From contig JBFLWP010000002.1 of the NCBI GenBank assembly GCA_040757595.1, positions 231,832 through 263,831 of the forward strand: a DNA stretch of 32,000 nt. The letters run 5' to 3'. The translations under genes were made by a program, and so were the position numbers. Source of the DNA: Nitrospirota bacterium. Its GTDB lineage: Bacteria > Nitrospirota > Nitrospiria > Nitrospirales > Nitrospiraceae. Position 1 is the first letter of the stretch; every line of letters begins with the position of its first letter. The notes beneath the pieces were generated by a model. That model was not told where the DNA came from and searched no databases. It saw only the letters and a program-made list of their open reading frames with translations. Below are positions 10,015 to 15,726 of the stretch, in pieces.

Positions 10015-10089
10015 CGTGAAACGTGAATCGTGGAGCGTAAAACGTAGGGAGAAGCGGAGTCTCACGCCTTACGGTTCACGTCTCACGGC
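10015..10089. repeat. inverted heptamer array (5 x CGTNNNN / 4 x TNACGNN) forming a long imperfect hairpin
   Basis: The left arm is cgtgaaa cgtgaat cgtggag cgtaaaa cgtaggg. The right arm is tcacgcc ttacggt tcacgtc tcacggc. The arms are largely complementary. Confidence 0.8.
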
Positions 10090-10095
10090 GGAAAC

Positions 10096-10172
10096 GGGCC
10101 CATAGCTCAGGTGGTCAGAGCGGCTGACTCATAATCAGTTGGTCCCAGGTTCGAGTCCTGGTGGGCCCACCA
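10096..10172 (+). tRNA. tRNA with CAT anticodon (elongator Met type, or more likely tRNA-Ile2 read via lysidine); CCA encoded
   Basis: Cloverleaf readable by eye: acceptor GGGCCCA/TGGGCCC, D arm TAGCTCAGGTGGTCAGAGC, anticodon loop CTCATAA, T arm CCAGGTTCGAGTCCTGG. G1-C72 is paired, so it is not an initiator. Confidence 0.9.
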
Positions 10173-10459
10173 TCCCAACCTTCGGTTGAGCCGCGCGCTC
10201 TTCATCGCTGTATCGCAACTGTCGCGCGCGGATAAAACCTTCCAGTGTTCCAGCCTTGATCCGCGGCTTCGTGAACCCGGCGGCCACTTCCCGACGGGGG
10301 TGGCCGCCGGAACCTTCAAGTAAACTCCTTCTTCCCTTTCGAGGTATCTTCAATTCATTGTGAGCATGACCTGGAACTGCGCCTTGCCGCTCACCCTGCG
10401 GTCGTGGGCGGCAGCTTTCCAAGCGAATTTAGCGGGGGCAATGGAAGGACCTTGACCGG

Positions 10460-10885
10460 TTAGCTTGTCGGTCCGGAGCGTATTGAAAAAGTCCGAGCCG
10501 ACCAGCGCTCCCCCGGCAGGCCGACCGATTGACTCAACCACTGTCCCAACTCCTTTTCTTTGATCGGCTGGGGGAGCACCGTTTCGGTCCCTTGATAGGT
10601 CTCGAGGCCCTCGGCCGTGGACGCATCCGATCCTTTCACCAGCAGAAGAACCGGCAAGAGCATGCCCCGCTCCCGAAGAAATCTGCGCACTTCAGAATGG
10701 CGGTTGGCCGGTGGATCGACATCGAGCAACAGTCCGTCGAAATGCCAGCGTTGGAGCATCATCAAGGCCTCGCTCTGGTTGGCGACAGTCCGGAACCCGT
10801 ACCCAAGCCCGAACAATAAATCTTCGAGCCTCTCTCTGGTATCCGGATTGCGCGCGACGATCAGGAGGTTCTTGGGCGTTGTCAT
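10460..10885 (-). CDS. single-domain CheY-like receiver protein, atypical active site
   Basis: 141 aa from ATG 10885, with SD GGAGGGG about 9 nt upstream. It has the receiver pattern LLIVARNPDTRERL..FDGLLLDVD..PVLLLVKG..PIKEKEL. The N-terminal acidic pair is replaced by A-R-N. Confidence 0.7.
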   Translation of the reverse strand: MTTPKNLLIVARNPDTRERLEDLLFGLGYGFRTVANQSEALMMLQRWHFDGLLLDVDPPANRHSEVRRFLRERGMLLPVLLLVKGSDASTAEGLETYQGTETVLPQPIKEKELGQWLSQSVGLPGERWSARTFSIRSGPTS

Positions 10886-11221
10886 CGCGTAGGCCCCTCC
10901 GTTGCGGATTTCGGATGGAGAGGATTTCGCAAGAGCTGTGCCCTGAGAGGATTCTTTGTTCCATCCCTGTTTAGCTTTTGGGGATGAGACAACTCCGTCC
11001 GTTTTTGTACAAAGCGATCCGGTTGGGGAAAGGAAGAATGCGGAGACTCCGATCAACCTTGGCCCCTGCTCAAAAGGCAGGTTCTGAGGCAATTGGCAAC
11101 AGGAGGCTCGTTCCTCACTGACCTCAAATGCCTCATTCTTGTTGGTTCCTGTTTGATCCTGCCCGATGCCGCCCGGACGCATTCCGTTGATTTACTTGCC
11201 GCGGTCTCTTTTGGTTGTGCG

Positions 11222-11237
11222 TGGCACTCAGGATGCT
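11222..11237 (+). promoter_or_regulatory. sigma-54 (-24/-12) type promoter candidate
   Basis: TGGCACTCAGGATGCT compared with the consensus TGGCACG-N4-TTGCW. The GG and GC elements are at the correct spacing. It lies 37 nt upstream of ATG 11274. Confidence 0.45.
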
Positions 11238-11273
11238 CTTATCCCGCCGAGTCCGAGGATCTCGGAGGCCGGC

Positions 11274-11534
11274 ATGGAGGATGCTATGGCTCAGCGCGCA
11301 GCAGTTGCCGACCGGATTCGGGACGCGGTCTCTCAAGCTCCTGGTTGCCTCCTCGACGATTTGGTCTCCGCCTGCTCGGATCTCACCTGGAATCAAATCT
11401 TCCTCGGGATCGATCATTTGGCCCGAACCGGGCACCTCCGGCTCAAGCCCGTTGGGCCGGGGCGCTACAGGGTTTGGCTGTCGGAGAGCCAGTGCCGTGA
11501 TCGGCTGCCCTTTGATCGCGGTGGACCGGCATGA
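11274..11534 (+). CDS. hypothetical small protein (86 aa), possibly winged-helix-like
   Basis: The ATG is preceded by GGAGG at 5 nt. The stop overlaps the next ATG (ATGA). The fold call is a guess from the pattern LARTGHLRLKPVGPGRYRVWL. Confidence 0.45.
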   Translation: MEDAMAQRAAVADRIRDAVSQAPGCLLDDLVSACSDLTWNQIFLGIDHLARTGHLRLKPVGPGRYRVWLSESQCRDRLPFDRGGPA

Positions 11535-11728
11535 AGACGCGTCCGAAGATCGTGCGACGCGCCGTTCCGCCCAGGTGCGACCGTTGCGGCGGTCTCCTGG
11601 TGTTTGAATGGATCGGCGAGCTGAACGGCGATGACGGAACCTGGCGCTGCGTGATCTGCGGAGAGCGGATCGATCCGGTGGTCGTCGCCCACCGCCGCGA
11701 GATGGCGGCTCACGAGCCGCGCCGGTAG
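11531..11728 (+). CDS. small zinc-ribbon protein (65 aa)
   Basis: It has two CxxC pairs, CDRCGG..24 aa..CVICGE, and is translationally coupled to the upstream ORF. Confidence 0.5.
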   Translation: MKTRPKIVRRAVPPRCDRCGGLLVFEWIGELNGDDGTWRCVICGERIDPVVVAHRREMAAHEPRR

Positions 11729-11764
11729 GGATTCTTGCGGCAGGCCATGACCGGGAGGTACGAG

Positions 11765-12307
11765 ATGCGAGGGGGCGGATTGGCGTTGTGGATGCTGCTG
11801 GTCTCGACGGTCCTGGCTTACGGGCCGTCTTCGCCCTTGGCGCTGGCCAAAGTCCAGGTCGTGCTGGATGCCCAAATCACGGCGGACGAGAAGACGGTGA
11901 GCGAGATCGTCGCCGCGTTCGACCAGGCCGAATCGGCCGTCCAGGCCCGTGATGTGGATACCCTCATGACCCTCTACTCGAAGCGGTACAACTACCACCG
12001 GTTGAGGAAATCCGATGCCAGAAGGCTCTGGGAGGAGATCTTTGAATACCACCGCCAACTGCACTCGACCCACTTGTTCACCCGGATCGTGACTGCTGAG
12101 TCCGGCGGAGAGCTGAGAGCGGAGGTGACCTGCACGGGAGCCCTGTGGGGGATCGGAACCGAGTCGGGTCAGAAGGTCACCATCGACAGCTGGTCCGACG
12201 AAGTCCACTACCTGGTCAAAGAGGACGGAAAATGGCGGATCATAGGCAATGCCGGGGTTGCGCCGGAGACCCCTCGGTTCGGCCATGCTCCCCATCCTCT
12301 GTTCTGA
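11765..12307 (+). CDS. secreted NTF2/SnoaL-like fold protein (DUF4440-like), 180 aa
   Basis: ATG 11765 follows GGGAGG. It has the signal peptide GGGLALWMLLVSTVLAYG. The body pattern VAAFDQAESAVQARDVDTLMTLYS...WRIIG is typical of NTF2-like domains. Confidence 0.55.
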   Translation: MRGGGLALWMLLVSTVLAYGPSSPLALAKVQVVLDAQITADEKTVSEIVAAFDQAESAVQARDVDTLMTLYSKRYNYHRLRKSDARRLWEEIFEYHRQLHSTHLFTRIVTAESGGELRAEVTCTGALWGIGTESGQKVTIDSWSDEVHYLVKEDGKWRIIGNAGVAPETPRFGHAPHPLF

Positions 12308-12347
12308 GCATCGGTCTGTCTGCCGCTCTCGAATCATGAGGAGCACT

Positions 12348-12578
12348 ATGCCACGGGGCATGATTCTGTTCGCGGCGTTGTTACTCGCCGGATGTATCCC
12401 GACTCCCGATCGGAACCCGCCGCCCCCGAAATCGGGGATGGCCAACCGGCACGCGGCCTTTACGGAGGACCGCCTCTTTCGTTTGTCCTTGGGTCGGACA
12501 AGCGGAGTGGAGGGCACGGCAACCTTGCCGCTTGGCAGCCGGTTCCCCTCGATCTTCGGTCGGCAACCCCGCTCCTGA
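12348..12578 (+). CDS. small lipoprotein (76 aa)
   Basis: MPRGMILFAALLLAGC has a lipobox (LLAGC). SD GAGGAG is at 12338-12343. Confidence 0.5.
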   Translation: MPRGMILFAALLLAGCIPTPDRNPPPPKSGMANRHAAFTEDRLFRLSLGRTSGVEGTATLPLGSRFPSIFGRQPRS

Positions 12579-12607
12579 TACGTGTCGCCCACTCCTTGCG
12601 TCGGAGG

Positions 12608-12627
12608 CCTGTACAGTTCTGTACAGG
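12608..12627. promoter_or_regulatory. perfect 9+9 palindrome, candidate operator
   Basis: CCTGTACAG-TT-CTGTACAGG contains two TGTACA cores spaced 4 nt apart. It sits in a 270-bp intergenic region. Confidence 0.35.
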
Positions 12628-12848
12628 TTGTTGCGCCGGGGACACAGTCCGCCAACGGGCCAATCCAGATCCATCGCGTTTAGGGGCACGCTCGTTCTAA
12701 CTTTTTACGAGACCGATCGTCTTTGTTCTCGCGGTCGCCATTCTGTTCCGGCGCCCTCGTTCGACCGGCCCTTCTCCGGCACGTGTTCGGCACGAATCCT
12801 GCTGCGTCCGCTTGGTTGCCGTGTGGATGGGAGGCGCGGGCCGGAGCG

Positions 12849-13139
12849 ATGGACCGGGGAGTCAAAGGCTACTTGCGGATTACGCGGCAGTTGGGAGGGG
12901 AGCCGGCCGTGCCCGGTACCTATCTGGTGCTGTTCGTCCCGTTTGGGATGGACAAGCCGACCCTCCAGCCCTGCCCCTGCGAGGGAGAGGCGGCGCTGGC
13001 CGCCTGTCTGCACGATCTGGGTCTCGGGCCGCCCGACGCAGCAAGGTTGGCGGAGGAGGCCAAGGTTTTTGCGCGTGCCACGGTCTGGGAGCTGGAGCTC
13101 TCCGACCAGCAGGTCAGGAAGTATTGGCCCCCTGTGTGA
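12849..13139 (+). CDS. hypothetical protein (96 aa from ATG 12849)
   Basis: The ORF is in the right orientation upstream of the COG1579 gene. There is no recognisable motif and the start is uncertain. Confidence 0.35.
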   Translation: MDRGVKGYLRITRQLGGEPAVPGTYLVLFVPFGMDKPTLQPCPCEGEAALAACLHDLGLGPPDAARLAEEAKVFARATVWELELSDQQVRKYWPPV

Positions 13140-13196
13140 ACGTCTCTCCGTCCTTCTCTCGCCGCCCCTTGCAACCGGGTCCGCCTTCGAGTTACG

Positions 13197-13994
13197 ATGG
13201 CTCTCCTCCTTAGTTGTTGCCCAGAGGCGCTGTTGAACCCGCAGCTTCAGCCGCTCATCGAACTGCAGACCCTTGATCTCCGGATCGGCGAGATCAGGGA
13301 ACACCAGCGAAAAGCCCCGGACCTCCTCTCCGCCGCGGAAGCCCCCCTCCGCGACGCGACCGCGATGCTCAAGGACGCGACCGCCGCCACCGAGACGCTC
13401 GGCAAGGAACGCCGCGATCGGGAGCGGGATCTGGAGGCCCAGGAGGCCCAGATCGAGAAACTCAAGGGCCGCCTCTCCGAGCTCAAGACCAACAAGGAGT
13501 ACCAGGCGCACCTCTTCGAGATCGAGATGGCGAACAAGAAGAAGGGGGAGATCGAGGAGCAGATCCTCGTGCTCATGGAGCGGATCGAGGCCCAGCAGCG
13601 GGCTCTGAAGGAAGCCAAGGCCAAGGTGGCGGACGCCGAGCGGCTGTTCGCCCAGGAGAAGGCCAGGCTGGAGGCCGAGTCCGCCGGTCTGGTGACCGAA
13701 CTGGCCCAGTTGGAGCAGAAGCAGGCGACCCTTGCGACGACGTTGGACCGGGAGTTGCTCGACCGCTACGGCAAGCTCAAGGCCATGCGCAAGGACCTCG
13801 CCGTGGTGCCGGTCAAGAACGGCACCTGCTCCGGCTGCCGTCTGCAACTGCCCCCCCAACTGGTTGCCGAGGTCAAGCGGTCAGACGAGATGAATGCCTG
13901 CCCCTATTGCCACCGGATTCTCTACTGGGACGGGGAACCGGTGAGCGTCTCGACGAGCCAGCCCCGACAGTTCGAGGAAGAAGAAACGGTCTAG
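13197..13994 (+). CDS. coiled-coil protein with C-terminal C4 zinc ribbon (COG1579/DUF164 family)
   Basis: It has LIELQTLDLRIGEI, a long heptad-rich region, and then CSGCRLQLPPQ...CPYCHRILY. An alternative start is TTG 13233. Confidence 0.85.
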   Translation: MALLLSCCPEALLNPQLQPLIELQTLDLRIGEIREHQRKAPDLLSAAEAPLRDATAMLKDATAATETLGKERRDRERDLEAQEAQIEKLKGRLSELKTNKEYQAHLFEIEMANKKKGEIEEQILVLMERIEAQQRALKEAKAKVADAERLFAQEKARLEAESAGLVTELAQLEQKQATLATTLDRELLDRYGKLKAMRKDLAVVPVKNGTCSGCRLQLPPQLVAEVKRSDEMNACPYCHRILYWDGEPVSVSTSQPRQFEEEETV

Positions 13995-13996
13995 AT

Positions 13997-14665
13997 CTAA
14001 GTCCCAGCCGACGCGGCCAGCACCGCTTGCGTCGTCTTGAAGTGGAGCTTGGCCACGGTCCCCAGCCGGTCCTTCCCGTGCTTTTTGAGGATCATCCGCG
14101 CCGCGAGCTCGACCTGCTGTGACGCGCCCTTGGGAAGCGGGAGCCCCAGTTCGTCGGCCAGACGCCTGAGCCGGGTCAGGAACTCGGCCCGGGCCAGGAC
14201 CGACGCGGCGGCGACCGCCAGGTCGGCTTCCGCCTTGGGCTGCTGGATCAATCGGATCTGCTTGCCCTTCTCCAGGAGCGCGTTCTGGATGAACCGCTCG
14301 TCCCCGAACTGATCGGCGATCGCCAGCGGGCACTCCACCCGCTCCAGCAGGTTTTCGAGCGCGCGGGCGTGGCCCCAGGCGAGCAGCCGGTTCAGGTTCC
14401 TGATCTTGGCGTAGAGCTCGTTGTAGCGCTGCGGGCCGATCGCGACCACGCTGTGCGGGCAGACCTGCTTGATGTCCGGGGCCAGCTCCAGGATCCGGTT
14501 GTCGGAGATCTTCTTGCTGTCCCGCACCTGCATGAGGGTCAGGTCCGACTCAGCGGCTTCATCCACGAAGACCGCCGCGACGACCAAAGGCCCGAAATAA
14601 TCGCCCTTGCCGGATTCGTCGATGCCGATCCGGCCGGTTCCCCGGTTGGGCTGTTCCGTGGTCAT
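13997..14665 (-). CDS. rnhC: RNase HIII-type ribonuclease H (catalytic domain only)
   Basis: 222 aa from ATG 14665. GIDESGKGDYFGPLVVAAV is the RNase HIII signature (DESGKG rather than the DEAGRG of RNase HII). It also has RDSKK and ADQFGDE. Confidence 0.8.
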   Translation of the reverse strand: MTTEQPNRGTGRIGIDESGKGDYFGPLVVAAVFVDEAAESDLTLMQVRDSKKISDNRILELAPDIKQVCPHSVVAIGPQRYNELYAKIRNLNRLLAWGHARALENLLERVECPLAIADQFGDERFIQNALLEKGKQIRLIQQPKAEADLAVAAASVLARAEFLTRLRRLADELGLPLPKGASQQVELAARMILKKHGKDRLGTVAKLHFKTTQAVLAASAGT

Positions 14666-14783
14666 GGGGTGTCGTCTGAAGGTGACGGGGGCATCGGTCG
14701 GGGAGCGTACTGTAGCAGAGGCCGAAAATCCGGTCAATCGGCTTGCAACCGGATGCCTCGGCGATTATACTGAATCGGCGCGA

Positions 14784-15201
14784 TGGAGGGGACCGGATGA
14801 TCGCTGGTGGGGAGACCGCCAGAGGAAAGTCCGGACTCCGCAGGGCGGGGCGCTGGGTAACTCCCAGGCGGAGCGATCCGACACCGGCACCACAGAGAAC
14901 AGACCGCCGATGGCCGGGGGTCCGCGACAGCGGGTCTCGGGATCAGGCAAGGGTGAAACGGCGGGGTAAGAGCCCACCGCGTCCGTGGCGACACGGACGG
15001 CACGGTAAGCGTCGCCCGGAGCAAGACCAAATAGGAGGGCGTCCGAGGCTCGACCATATGGGAGTCTCGGAACGGCTGGCCCGGTCAGGCCCTCGGGTAG
15101 GTCGCAGGAGGCTCGGGGCAACCCGAGCCCCAGAGAAATGATCATCCCCGTCGCAGAGACGATCTGAGGCGGGACAGAATCCGGCTTACAGGTCCCCTCC
15201 A
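14784..15201 (+). ncRNA. rnpB: RNase P RNA, bacterial type A
   Basis: P1 is formed by GGAGGGGACC (14785-14794) and GGTCCCCTCC (15191-15200). The P4 strands are AGAGGAAAGTCCGGAC near 14821 and ACAGAATCCGGCTTAC near 15174. Conserved GGTAAGAGCCCACCG and AGCAAGACCAAATAGG are also present. Confidence 0.92.
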
Positions 15202-15474
15202 GCGCGCCCTTTTGATCGCCCGTCGCAACTGCCCCTCCGTCACCTTGCCGGCGCAGGCCTCTCGCGCCTCGATCAGGACGACCGGGATCCGGCTCCCATA
15301 CCGGGCGGCGAGCGCCGCATCCTCGTCCACGTCCACGGTGAAGAGGCTGAACGGCGTCTCGGCCTGGAGCCGGCGCGCCATCTTGGCCACGACGTGACAC
15401 AGGTGGCAATCGCGTCGCGACAGGATCGTGACGCGGATCGCGTGAGGCGTCGAACGGGCGCTCGGCTGGGCCAT
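15142..15474 (-). CDS. glutaredoxin-like (DUF836/NrdH-fold) protein
   Basis: VTILSRRDCHLCHVV..FSLFTVDVDEDAALAARYGSRIPVV carries a CxxC motif. The start is ATG 15474, or further upstream at 15519. The 3' ~59 nt are antisense to rnpB. Confidence 0.75.
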   Translation of the reverse strand: MAQPSARSTPHAIRVTILSRRDCHLCHVVAKMARRLQAETPFSLFTVDVDEDAALAARYGSRIPVVLIEAREACAGKVTEGQLRRAIKRARWRGPVSRILSRLRSSLRRG

Positions 15475-15572
15475 AGCCCGGCTACCGTAGCACAGTCGCC
15501 CGACGGCCCAAAAGACCATGTCTCCGCGCAGCGAGGGCTCTCTGCCGGCGAGCCGGACAGCGGCGATTTCTA

Positions 15573-15602
15573 TTGACTTCTCCGACAGGTCGCTGGTACG
15601 AT
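15573..15602 (+). promoter_or_regulatory. candidate sigma-70 promoter of the ilv operon
   Basis: TTGACT (15573-15578), an 18-nt spacer, then TACGAT (15597-15602). Confidence 0.4.
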
Positions 15603-15726
15603 CTGCTCTCTTTCCTATTGTTTTTTCAGAGGGATTTCACTGTCGGCCGTGACGCGCGCTTGGAGGGGCCCTCGCCTGGGGAGCGAGCCCCGAAGGGCGG
15701 CGAGCCATACATACGGGAGCGGAGCG

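Noticed and set aside
11465-12655. 396-aa minus-strand ORF spanning the small-gene cluster.
   Set aside because: The translation is compositionally aberrant (R/P/G/Q runs). It has no SD at its start and lies antisense to four plus-strand ORFs that have SDs, a signal peptide and a lipobox.
10173-12900. Search for a direct repeat of the tRNA 3' end (att site) bounding the post-tRNA patch.
   Set aside because: By eye I found only a 7-mer match (GTCCTGG near 11812). That is insufficient and needs a computational search.
12705-13859. 384-aa minus-strand ORF.
   Set aside because: It is antisense to the COG1579 coiled-coil gene. Its repetitive L/Q/G content mirrors the complement of the E/K/A codons.
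14765-15409. 214-aa minus-strand ORF and several plus-strand ORFs across 14607-15141.
   Set aside because: They overlap RNase P RNA, whose conserved P1/P4 and core elements explain the region.
15603-15726. Possible ilv leader-peptide attenuator upstream of ilvB.
   Set aside because: There is no short ORF rich in Ile/Val/Leu codons with a start codon. The GC hairpin at ~15662-15688 has no U-tract.
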